From a virus (Duplodnaviria; Caudoviricetes), in IMG/VR virus record IMGVR_UViG_3300028392_002123: DNA of 64,000 nucleotides; one strand, written 5' to 3'. The notes below the pieces were generated by a model that searched no databases, was not told the DNA's origin, and saw nothing but the letters and a program-made list of their open reading frames with translations. Below, piece by piece: positions 25,192 to 33,626 of the stretch. The position numbers were made by a program, and so were the translations under genes. How positions within the stretch are numbered: position 1 is the stretch's first letter; every line of letters starts with the position of its first letter.

Positions 25192-25635
25192 ATGGATAAT
25201 AACACACACGTAAGATTTGACATGGGTCATGTCATGAATAGACTTAGATCTATAGCCGAAGACGAAGCCGCTGAACCAACTAGTCAAATCAATGATGATA
25301 ATTTTACCACAGTTATGTCTAGATTGGCCAGTATTAAAGGTGCGTTACCGGATGATAAATTTTCTGCTATGAGAGCCGGTGTTCGTAGTTTATATATGAA
25401 TCAACGACCTAATCCCGCTCAGTTAATGGCATTGACAAATTTACTAGAAATTGTATTGCGTTATGTAGCAGAAGACAATTCACTATTCCAGCGTCTAAAA
25501 AGCGATTTAAATGCAGGTTCAAAGCCTGAGCCAAATGCTGGTCCAACTGCTCAACCAAAAGAGCCCGCCGCTGAACCAGAATCCGGTGAACCAGAGAATA
25601 ATCAAACTGCGCCTGCTATGCGCGGTTTAAAATAA
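25192..25635 (+). CDS. Isolated plus-strand late hypothetical protein
   Basis: TAAATA and GAGGAG upstream; Pro/Glu-rich C-terminus. Confidence 0.75.
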   Translation: MDNNTHVRFDMGHVMNRLRSIAEDEAAEPTSQINDDNFTTVMSRLASIKGALPDDKFSAMRAGVRSLYMNQRPNPAQLMALTNLLEIVLRYVAEDNSLFQRLKSDLNAGSKPEPNAGPTAQPKEPAAEPESGEPENNQTAPAMRGLK

Positions 25636-27081
25636 TCAACTCTTTTTTAACAAATCTTTAATTCTATTATTAGAGTCCATTGTTCGTATACCAACACTGG
25701 GCTCTTGTTTTTTATCTAAACTCCAACCTTCTTTGGGCTGTGCTTTTTCCCATGTTCCTGATTTTGGCGGACTACTATCTTGTTGTGTTGCCTTACGCTG
25801 TAAATTATTATATAGAACATTAGCAGTAGTAGGTGCTTCTGCGCTATTTTCATCTAAGTCTGTGATACGCAGACTTGTTGTATTAAACTCCAATTCAATC
25901 TTAGTACCAACTGCACTTGAGCTACGTGTTTTCATAAACTGCAACTGTACTCGTTGACGTTCGCGCATTGTAATACTATTAAAAATACCGATGACGTTGT
26001 CAGCTGTTTGAATCTTAGACAGGCCGCCACTAATATGGCTATGATCAAACTCTACACTTTCAACGGCTCCGCGATTCAACTGTGACGCAGTACAGAACAA
26101 GTATCTATCCTGTACTGCCATTGCTCGCAATTCTTCCGAAACATACTTGTCTTTAATAAAAGTATTCTCTGCAGATATCTTTACAGATACCGGTGACATT
26201 AAATCTAAGTAGTCTACAACAACAAAGTCAATTTTTCTATTGAGCTGAATCTGAAATTCTTTAATCCAAGATTTTAAATCGTTGACAGTAATGCCTGCTG
26301 TAAGTTGCACAATCTGTAACTTACCTGCTTTCTTACCTTTCATTTTAATATTAAGGTCCACATCATCGATGTTCTTATAAATGTCTTTGGTAGCAATGCC
26401 CATAAGCATGGCATCCATACGCATACTACACAGACCTTCACTGAGTTCAAGACTAAAGTAAACTCCGTTAAGTCCTTGCAGACTCCAATTCAGTGCCAAG
26501 TTCTGCAAGAACAAACTCTTACCTGCACCAGAACCGCCAGCAAAGATGTTCAGTTCACCTCTGTTAAATCCACCATACAACTTTTCGTCAATGGTCTTCC
26601 AGCCTGTGCTAGTACCACCATTTTGATTCTTGAGTAACATTAGTCGACCCATGGGGTCTGCGTAATAGTCTGTGCCAAAGCTCTTTGGCAAGCCAATGTT
26701 ACTGGCATCTTTAATTAGTTTTTCAACTTCACCGTAACGCTGTTTGTCTAATAAGTCTGCACTTTTAAGAATAGCTTTTTCTAATGCTTTGTGTCTGGCA
26801 AATTGTTCAAACTCTGTTAAAAACCAATCCTTGTGTGCTTGTGCCTCACTTGGAATTAATTTAAGATCTGTGTCCGTGATTGCCTTAACTTGGTCCACGC
26901 TAGGACAATCGCTGTACTTGCCAGCATATTCTTTGATAAATTTTGCTGTGTCTTGTAGACTACGAGAAAAATGTGTGTCGTCTAAAACGTTTTGACAACG
27001 GCTCAGCAGTTCTTTGTCGCTGATTAAAAATTCTAAAAATAGCTTTTGTAGATCTGCACTATATTCTTTTACTTCTTCACT
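25636..27081 (-). CDS. Replicative DNA helicase (DnaB/T4 gp41-like)
   Basis: Walker A GGSGAGKS, SLELSE, VVVDYLDL, TASQLNR, MKTR; probable start MSEEVK. Confidence 0.92.
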   Translation of the reverse strand, partial: SEEVKEYSADLQKLFLEFLISDKELLSRCQNVLDDTHFSRSLQDTAKFIKEYAGKYSDCPSVDQVKAITDTDLKLIPSEAQAHKDWFLTEFEQFARHKALEKAILKSADLLDKQRYGEVEKLIKDASNIGLPKSFGTDYYADPMGRLMLLKNQNGGTSTGWKTIDEKLYGGFNRGELNIFAGGSGAGKSLFLQNLALNWSLQGLNGVYFSLELSEGLCSMRMDAMLMGIATKDIYKNIDDVDLNIKMKGKKAGKLQIVQLTAGITVNDLKSWIKEFQIQLNRKIDFVVVDYLDLMSPVSVKISAENTFIKDKYVSEELRAMAVQDRYLFCTASQLNRGAVESVEFDHSHISGGLSKIQTADNVIGIFNSITMRERQRVQLQFMKTRSSSAVGTKIELEFNTTSLRITDLDENSAEAPTTANVLYNNLQRKATQQDSSPPKSGTWEKAQPKEGWSLDKKQEPSVGIRTMDSNNRIKDLLKKS

Positions 27082-27286
27082 CATTATCGTTACCCCAACG
27101 CAATGCCGCAATCATTGCGTGTTCCTTTTCTTTAAATTTAAAAATCATGTATTCATGACTTAGCTCGGTTATATAGTTGTCACCGGGTGCGCCATAATTT
27201 TCCAACATCCATATACAGACATTGTTCCACCAAGCAGATGTGTCTTGTCCTAAATCCCAATTTTTTCTCACGCAATAATTATACAC
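27077..27286 (-). CDS. Small hypothetical protein
   Basis: Coupled between primase and helicase. Confidence 0.6.
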   Translation of the reverse strand: MYNYCVRKNWDLGQDTSAWWNNVCIWMLENYGAPGDNYITELSHEYMIFKFKEKEHAMIAALRWGNDNE

Positions 27287-28256
27287 CTAGTTTCCTTGCT
27301 AATAGTCTAATTTTTGTTGGGCTGTGTTCGGCCGCTTGTAGTATACTATGTACAGTAAATGTTCTGCCATATTTTTTAACAGCATCTCCCACATCTTTGC
27401 AATCTTCCCAGTCTGGGAAACTTACATTCCAACCATAGTCTGCGGCCTGTTCTGCTAGTAAGCGGCCTGCTCGATCTCTATCTGGGATCACTATAGGTTC
27501 TATATTTAAGTCCTCTATCAACTGAATTTGTTTGTCGTTGATATTATTACTACCAATTGCAAGTCCGCTGGTCAACAATGCATCAAACTCTCCTTCACAG
27601 ACAATAACATACTGACGTTGTTCTCGTTGTGCATCCAACCCATAGACATAGTTTACAGGACTTTTCTTTTTATACTTGCCGTATTTTTTCTCTTCTTCTG
27701 CGGTGCCAATGAATCTGCCTGTGTAACCTACAAGTTTATTTTCATAGGTAAAAGGCAAAATAATCCGACGATGCATGGACATGATCTCACTGTCTGTTTC
27801 AAACCATGTTGCAAGTTCTAGCAGTTGTCTGCTTTCTAGATAAGAAATTTTAATTGGATCTTCAAGTACTTTAATATCAAACTCAAAGTCGTAGTTTGGC
27901 CAGTTCGGAACATACGCAGGTTCTGGTTCCCGTCGTTTAATTGTTTCAACATCGGCTTGACTAAGTATTTCTAAATTTAGACGCTGAACTTCTGCTTCAT
28001 CAAAGCCAAAAGTTTTAAGAAGCTTTCTCATCTTAAAACTTAATGTCCAGCCTGGACTCCATCCAGTTTTATAATGACAATTAAAACATTGATAGCCTAC
28101 ACTACCATCAGGACTGTATATCAGACCGCCACGATGTTTTGTGTCTGGTCTACTCTGTCCGTTGACAACGCACATTGGACAATTGAACGATACCCACCCA
28201 TTAGGTGCCGTTCTTCCGTTTACTCTACTTCTTAATAATGTTTGTAAGGCCATCAT
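27279..28256 (-). CDS. DNA primase (T4 gp61-like)
   Basis: Zn finger CPMC...CFNCH; GYTGR; TOPRIM CEGEFDA and PDRD. Confidence 0.9.
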   Translation of the reverse strand: MMALQTLLRSRVNGRTAPNGWVSFNCPMCVVNGQSRPDTKHRGGLIYSPDGSVGYQCFNCHYKTGWSPGWTLSFKMRKLLKTFGFDEAEVQRLNLEILSQADVETIKRREPEPAYVPNWPNYDFEFDIKVLEDPIKISYLESRQLLELATWFETDSEIMSMHRRIILPFTYENKLVGYTGRFIGTAEEEKKYGKYKKKSPVNYVYGLDAQREQRQYVIVCEGEFDALLTSGLAIGSNNINDKQIQLIEDLNIEPIVIPDRDRAGRLLAEQAADYGWNVSFPDWEDCKDVGDAVKKYGRTFTVHSILQAAEHSPTKIRLLARKLGV

Positions 28257-28268
28257 GACCCTACAATT

Positions 28269-29057
28269 TTAGCTTCTGTATAGTACTTTGTCAACTGTTC
28301 CGGTGTTATTAGCCGCCGGAGTATACTGAGCAATTATCCAACGGAAACTTCCATTAAAATTAAATCCCTGTACGTGATTTACGCCATCAAATGTGATCAC
28401 CGAACTGCCATTTTGATCAAATGCAATGGGAGAATAATTAATACTAGATGCAGTATAATCCAATGTGCCTCTAACAGAAAATTCGCCTTTAAAATTTGTA
28501 GTCACTACTTGGATCGTGTGATTTACGCTGGAATCATTTCTTAAAATATTGCTGGGTATTGGTTGGCTTACAAAATAATTTGAAACAGGAGTGAATCTAA
28601 CCAGAGTACTAGGAGTAAACATAGGATATGCGCCGTCGACTAATTCAATTTCTAAAGCGGCAGAACGATTGCTACTAGTATATAATGCTTGAGCCAAGCC
28701 GTCTTTGCTAAACAATACTGCACTCATTTGATAAATGCCAGGATCTAAATCAATCAAATCATTGGCAAATATAACAATTTCAAAGATTCCGTTTTCTGCC
28801 TTGACTAATTCGGCTCTACGTTGAACTAGCAATTTACCAGTTCTGATCTGCATGATATTAATCATAACAGCCTTGCCCAAAAGGCTCACAGGTTTTCTGT
28901 CTTGATTTTTAACTTCGAAACCAAGTACATTATCTGTGCCTTTGTAAATGGTTTTTCTTAACGTGTTTAATGGCATATTAGTTGTTCCGCTGTAACCGCT
29001 GGCTTCTATTAGAATAGTGCGCTGTGGGTATGATAGTAATTGTATTGTGTCGCTCAT
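28269..29057 (-). CDS. Virion structural protein (BppU/baseplate upper protein-like)
   Basis: YKGTDNVLGFEVKNQDRKPVSL...LDPGIY beta-sandwich pattern; TAAATA 5 nt before ATG. Confidence 0.6.
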   Translation of the reverse strand: MSDTIQLLSYPQRTILIEASGYSGTTNMPLNTLRKTIYKGTDNVLGFEVKNQDRKPVSLLGKAVMINIMQIRTGKLLVQRRAELVKAENGIFEIVIFANDLIDLDPGIYQMSAVLFSKDGLAQALYTSSNRSAALEIELVDGAYPMFTPSTLVRFTPVSNYFVSQPIPSNILRNDSSVNHTIQVVTTNFKGEFSVRGTLDYTASSINYSPIAFDQNGSSVITFDGVNHVQGFNFNGSFRWIIAQYTPAANNTGTVDKVLYRS

Positions 29058-29109
29058 ATCTATATTTATATTTTTTGATTTGATTTGATTTATGGGCTAA
29101 ATAAGTCAG

Positions 29110-29478
29110 ATGGCTACATTTGACGAAATAATAGAAAAATTCCCGTTTTTAAGTTTATGCAAACAGGGCGATGATGAATTAATCGGGATCATCCAAAACT
29201 ATACTAATTCTGTGGTAAGTATCTATGTCTATAACTACATACGAACCGTTGAGGAAAAACAAGAATTCCTAGAGCTAGGAGAAGAATGGTGGTGGGGTAG
29301 TAATCGTATATTACCCATCAATCTAGTTGTCGGTCCAAAATTTAAAAAGTACAGTTCATATCTAAGAACGTATAATGTCAAAGATTTCGAAATTATCCAA
29401 GGTACGCCCGTTAGTCTCCAAAATATTATCACAAAACGCATCAAACGTAGGCAAATACAACTAGTTCAAAAATTTTAA
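29110..29478 (+). CDS. Conserved hypothetical protein
   Basis: TAAATA 6 nt before ATG; WWW.SNR.LPI motif. Confidence 0.75.
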   Translation: MATFDEIIEKFPFLSLCKQGDDELIGIIQNYTNSVVSIYVYNYIRTVEEKQEFLELGEEWWWGSNRILPINLVVGPKFKKYSSYLRTYNVKDFEIIQGTPVSLQNIITKRIKRRQIQLVQKF

Positions 29479-29487
29479 GCTAAGTAC

Positions 29488-30201
29488 GTGATGACAGAAC
29501 TAATTTATACCCTTGTTGTAACACATATCACTATTGTTTCAGTTACACTATTTTTGCATCGTAGTCAAGCACACAAAGCAGTAACATTCCATCCCATTTT
29601 ATCACATTTTTTCAGAGCCTGGCTATGGTTGACCACAGGTATGATCACTAAACAATGGGTTTCAATACATCGCAAACATCATAGGTTCAGTGATGTTGAT
29701 GGTGATCCACATAGTCCCATTGTTCATGGCATTAGAAATATATTCTTTCGAGGAGTATATTATTACTATCTAGAAGCTAAAAATCCGTCTACAGTTTTGC
29801 AATACGGTAAAGGTACACCCAGCGACTGGATTGAAAAAAAATTATACACTCCATATAACCATTATGGAATTTTAATCATGCTGGCTATCAATGTACTGTT
29901 ATTTGGTTGGTGGGGACTGCTCATATGGATAACACAGATGCTGTGGATTCCATTCTGGGCGGCCAGCGTTATTAATGGACTGGGACATTGGTTTGGTTAT
30001 CGCAATGGTGAAACCAGAGACTCTAGTAAAAATATTGTTCCTATTGCTCTGTGGATAGGCGGCGAAGAACTGCACAACAATCATCATCTAGCACCAGCTA
30101 GTGCTAAATTTAGTCGTCGTTGGTTTGAGCTTGATATAGGTTGGATCTATATAAAATTATTTAATTTTTTAAGACTTGCCACTATCAATACCGTAAACTA
30201 A
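29488..30201 (+). CDS. Membrane fatty acid desaturase (delta-9/DesA-like)
   Basis: Three His boxes HRSQAH, HRKHH, HNNHH; TM segments; WFELDIGW. Confidence 0.9.
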   Translation: MMTELIYTLVVTHITIVSVTLFLHRSQAHKAVTFHPILSHFFRAWLWLTTGMITKQWVSIHRKHHRFSDVDGDPHSPIVHGIRNIFFRGVYYYYLEAKNPSTVLQYGKGTPSDWIEKKLYTPYNHYGILIMLAINVLLFGWWGLLIWITQMLWIPFWAASVINGLGHWFGYRNGETRDSSKNIVPIALWIGGEELHNNHHLAPASAKFSRRWFELDIGWIYIKLFNFLRLATINTVN

Positions 30202-30750
30202 AAGATTCATCTGTAACATAATAGCCGTGGCATAGCCGATGGCATGGCTACGCTTAAAACTATAAGAATCATCTGTCTTAACCCATACTTCTTTTTCTAT
30301 CTCCGGCCAAGTTTTATAAATTAAGTGTCTCTTACCTGGACGTATAACTGCCAAGACAGCGGCCAGTTGTTCTACACTACGTGGCTTTAACTTTTTAACA
30401 ATGTCTGCATGATTGTGTATGTGGAATAACTCTTTGATAACATCTTCGTGTTCAAGTAATTCCCAAACTGGTTCTTTTTCCAGTAACAGATCTATTTGAG
30501 CATTGTCGGTGAACTGACTATAGATGCCCACGTTCAACAAGTCTATTTTAAACCAGCCTTGTTCTTCGGCAGTCTTATAGTCTAACGTGGCTAAGCCAGT
30601 AAAAGGATTTACAGGAACATTATGAAAATAAACTCCTGTGTTATGTTTACGCTGTGTTGCTCCATCTTTTTGCATGGCCGGAACACAAGAAAACAATTTT
30701 AAAACTTGTTCTCTGTCTGCGAAATCAATGTCGACGTCTGTGGTTACCAC
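30169..30750 (-). CDS. dnaE: Miniature DNA polymerase III alpha (DnaE)-like catalytic-core protein
   Basis: TDVDIDF, RKHNTGVYF, GWFKIDLL, AVIRPG, YSFKRSHA motifs in only 193 aa. Confidence 0.8.
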   Translation of the reverse strand: MVTTDVDIDFADREQVLKLFSCVPAMQKDGATQRKHNTGVYFHNVPVNPFTGLATLDYKTAEEQGWFKIDLLNVGIYSQFTDNAQIDLLLEKEPVWELLEHEDVIKELFHIHNHADIVKKLKPRSVEQLAAVLAVIRPGKRHLIYKTWPEIEKEVWVKTDDSYSFKRSHAIGYATAIMLQMNLLVYGIDSGKS

Positions 30751-31537
30751 GATCTTCCTTTTCTAATATGTTATTATACATTAGTTCTTCTACTTTTGCC
30801 AAACGAATTTTCTTATTTTTTGAACCTAGTATAACCAATGTGTATACCTGATCTTTATTTTCCACTGTCATGGCCACACACCAGCCAGCGGCATTGGTCA
30901 GTCCTGTCTTACTTGCAACAACACTACGAAACTCACTGAGTATTGATTTATTGGTATTAACCAATGTAACTGTTTTAATCTTGTTTTTATATTTGACATC
31001 AAATGATTGTTCCTGTGTGGTTGTTAATTTGGCAATCATATTATATTTTGTTGCTTCTTTCATCATTATTGCAACTTCTTCAGCTGTGCTTGTATTAAAA
31101 ACACTAAGACCTGAAGGATCCATGAATCTCGTATTAACCATGCCAAGATCTTTGGCTTTTTGATTCATTGCTCGTAGAAAACCTTCTCGACCTCCGGGAT
31201 AATCAGATGCTATTGTTTCAGCAGATGCATTGTCACTGCGAATAAGCATAGCAGACAATACATCCAATCTCGTGTTCTCTTTTGAAGGTAATTGACTACG
31301 CAGTTTGTCGTACATGGATAATTTCTTATCCATGTCCAAACTATAGTCTAAGGCAACCATGGCAGTCATTAACTTGCTGATACTGGCAATAGATCTAACT
31401 TCTTTGGAGTTGTCGCCTATCATTACTAGATTAGCTGTTTGATTATATAAAAAAATTGATGGATGTCCCTGTGGAGCTGACTTGGCAAACACCGTGTTAA
31501 GAAACAAAAAAGATACTAGTAAAATTATGTTTTTCAT
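30725..31537 (-). CDS. Peptidase S11 D-Ala-D-Ala endo/carboxypeptidase (PBP7/PbpG-like), exported
   Basis: Signal peptide; SxxK (IASISK), SxN (SDN), KTG (KTGLTNAAG). Confidence 0.9.
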   Translation of the reverse strand: MKNIILLVSFLFLNTVFAKSAPQGHPSIFLYNQTANLVMIGDNSKEVRSIASISKLMTAMVALDYSLDMDKKLSMYDKLRSQLPSKENTRLDVLSAMLIRSDNASAETIASDYPGGREGFLRAMNQKAKDLGMVNTRFMDPSGLSVFNTSTAEEVAIMMKEATKYNMIAKLTTTQEQSFDVKYKNKIKTVTLVNTNKSILSEFRSVVASKTGLTNAAGWCVAMTVENKDQVYTLVILGSKNKKIRLAKVEELMYNNILEKEDRGNHRRRH

Positions 31538-31548
31538 TTAGTTTACTT

Positions 31549-31734
31549 TTAGTTAACGTGTTCTACAAATCTATTTAAAAATGCTTCTACTAGACAAGAG
31601 TACACGGTATTATCTGATAGTCGAGTATAATAGATAAACTGACCAGCTTCGGTTTCTTGTAAATCAGTGACTTTAAATCTGTCAGAATTTGAACTGGTCC
31701 AGATTGAATTTATAGAAGGTACTTTTTTATTCAT
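31549..31734 (-). CDS. Small hypothetical protein
   Basis: ORF track, coupled. Confidence 0.55.
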   Translation of the reverse strand: MNKKVPSINSIWTSSNSDRFKVTDLQETEAGQFIYYTRLSDNTVYSCLVEAFLNRFVEHVN

Positions 31735-31960
31735 AGGCTTTTCTTAAAGCCTGTCCGGCTTTATTTTCTATATTTACTACTTTTTGTTCTAGCTTTGCAA
31801 TTTTTGATACTAATCTACTATACGCTTCGGCTGTGGGTACTACTGCTCGTTGGCCGTTTACTACTACTTCCATTAGATCGACACTCAGCGTTTTCAATGA
31901 GTTTTCTTGAATATTTTTGTTGAGTAATGCAGGTACTTGACGTTCAGAGTATTGTTTCAT
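31727..31960 (-). CDS. Small coiled-coil hypothetical protein
   Basis: ORF track, coupled. Confidence 0.6.
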   Translation of the reverse strand: MKQYSERQVPALLNKNIQENSLKTLSVDLMEVVVNGQRAVVPTAEAYSRLVSKIAKLEQKVVNIENKAGQALRKAYE

Positions 31961-32637
31961 TTTATTTCCGCTTGATTAAAAACATCTTGTATCCAAGATG
32001 CGTCTTGTGCATGACGTTTGACACGCACTCTCCAAGAAGTAGGTTCTATATAATCAACAAGTTCTTTGACTAATGTCTCATCTAACCTGTCAATCAATCT
32101 ACTTCCTTGATCTGTGGCAAAGGTACACCATGGACTTATACGACCCATCTTAATGTCTCGTACAGCCACTAAGGTCGGTACCTCTTGAAAATAATTTTGC
32201 CAATTACAGTTACAACTTTCGGCCCAATCTTTCATATGTAAAATACTACGTTCGGTTGCTCTATCAACTGATTCGTGTTTCAACATATTTTTAATATATT
32301 CTTCGTAGACAAAATCCTTGCACCAGTCCGACATCTTAACACTATTCATGACAATAAACTTTAAGAAATCTTCTGGTGGCTTAATGTTTAGATCTATAAT
32401 ACGTTTTGCCAGTTTCATGAAACCACCAAAATATCTAGTGGCCGCGAAATCATCATATGGTTTGTCTTTTTTAACATTGGCCATGCTCAAGCGTCTATAC
32501 TCTAACCATAGTTGGTATGCTATACGATTTTGTTTATCGTCTTTGGCCGAATGTCTACGCTTCTGTTCACACATGTGAGACATCAGTGTGGATTCTTTGG
32601 CAAAGGCTTTGTTACAATATTTGCAATTATAGCTCAT
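31957..32637 (-). CDS. C2H2 zinc-finger-containing conserved protein in the replication operon
   Basis: YNCKYCNKAF..ESTLMSHMC. Confidence 0.7.
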   Translation of the reverse strand: MSYNCKYCNKAFAKESTLMSHMCEQKRRHSAKDDKQNRIAYQLWLEYRRLSMANVKKDKPYDDFAATRYFGGFMKLAKRIIDLNIKPPEDFLKFIVMNSVKMSDWCKDFVYEEYIKNMLKHESVDRATERSILHMKDWAESCNCNWQNYFQEVPTLVAVRDIKMGRISPWCTFATDQGSRLIDRLDETLVKELVDYIEPTSWRVRVKRHAQDASWIQDVFNQAEIK

Positions 32638-33112
32638 TGGCAGCGGTGATAATGTCTTTGTCTTTAATATGAAACTGTTCTAGCATATTGCGAGCAGATT
32701 CTTTGTTCATGTTTGATATCCAGATATCTAGTTCTTGATCATCCAGATGAGGATATAAATCTTTTAACCAAGTTTTAAAAGCATTTTGTTTTTTCTTCTT
32801 ACCTTTGCCGGGTGCAACATAGGGATGCTTCATACTACGTCCAACACCTACAATGGTCATTAACTTCCAAATCATTTCAGGATCTTTTATATCGCTGTAA
32901 TTAACATTGACTAATTCATTGGTCATTATTAAGTAATGTTCGATTATTTCTTGACTGGGGCTTTCTGCACTACTTAGATATCGCTGAACTAACCATGGAC
33001 TAAATCCTTTACGTTCATCAGCAGATAGATTTTCGTAAAAATCTTTTTGTCGTGTGTCTATAGCGGGTAATACACGCTTAAACATATCAAGCATTGGTTG
33101 TTTGGTTGCCAT
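32627..33112 (-). CDS. Probable clamp-loader small subunit (T4 gp62-like)
   Basis: FSPWLVQRYLS...N.....P....KL...GKKK pattern and size; replication context. Confidence 0.5.
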   Translation of the reverse strand: MATKQPMLDMFKRVLPAIDTRQKDFYENLSADERKGFSPWLVQRYLSSAESPSQEIIEHYLIMTNELVNVNYSDIKDPEMIWKLMTIVGVGRSMKHPYVAPGKGKKKKQNAFKTWLKDLYPHLDDQELDIWISNMNKESARNMLEQFHIKDKDIITAANEL

Positions 33113-33123
33113 GTAATATTATA

Positions 33124-33624
33124 TTAATATATTTTAGAAATGTCTAGGACTTCTGGAAGTTTGTTTGTTTCTTTGACAAAATAAGCACACACTGGCTTTT
33201 CTCCAGCAGTCAGTGGTACTGCTAAGATATGTCCATATTTAAGTTTTGGTGTAAACCATCTAACATCTTGGAACACATTAATAATTTCAATAGGCCTAAA
33301 TTCAATTCTAAAACTGCTAATAGGATTAAACACAAAGGCACTAAATCCTCTATCATTGATATGCATAATGGGCAACACTTCAGGATCGCCATGGTCCGAC
33401 TCTCCTATTACCACGTGCCAATCTAAAGGAACTTGAATAACATTTTCTCCGATTTTCAATACTGCGGCAGGTGCATGAAAAGTTTCCATAAAAATCAAAG
33501 GCACAAAATGATAGTCAACGTTTTTAGGATCGCTCCAATCTAATACCCCGTACCGCAAGTCCTCGATTTCATCCGGCAGTTGATTCAATTCAAATGCTGT
33601 GTTATCTACTGTTAATATATTCAT
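33124..33624 (-). CDS. Conserved hypothetical protein with a HINT-like beta pattern
   Basis: See findings; coupled to uvsW. Confidence 0.6.
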   Translation of the reverse strand: MNILTVDNTAFELNQLPDEIEDLRYGVLDWSDPKNVDYHFVPLIFMETFHAPAAVLKIGENVIQVPLDWHVVIGESDHGDPEVLPIMHINDRGFSAFVFNPISSFRIEFRPIEIINVFQDVRWFTPKLKYGHILAVPLTAGEKPVCAYFVKETNKLPEVLDISKIY

Positions 33625-33626
33625 TA

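Noticed and set aside
29072-29092. TGATT x3 microrepeat between divergent late motifs
   Set aside because: Too short and AT-rich to separate from chance
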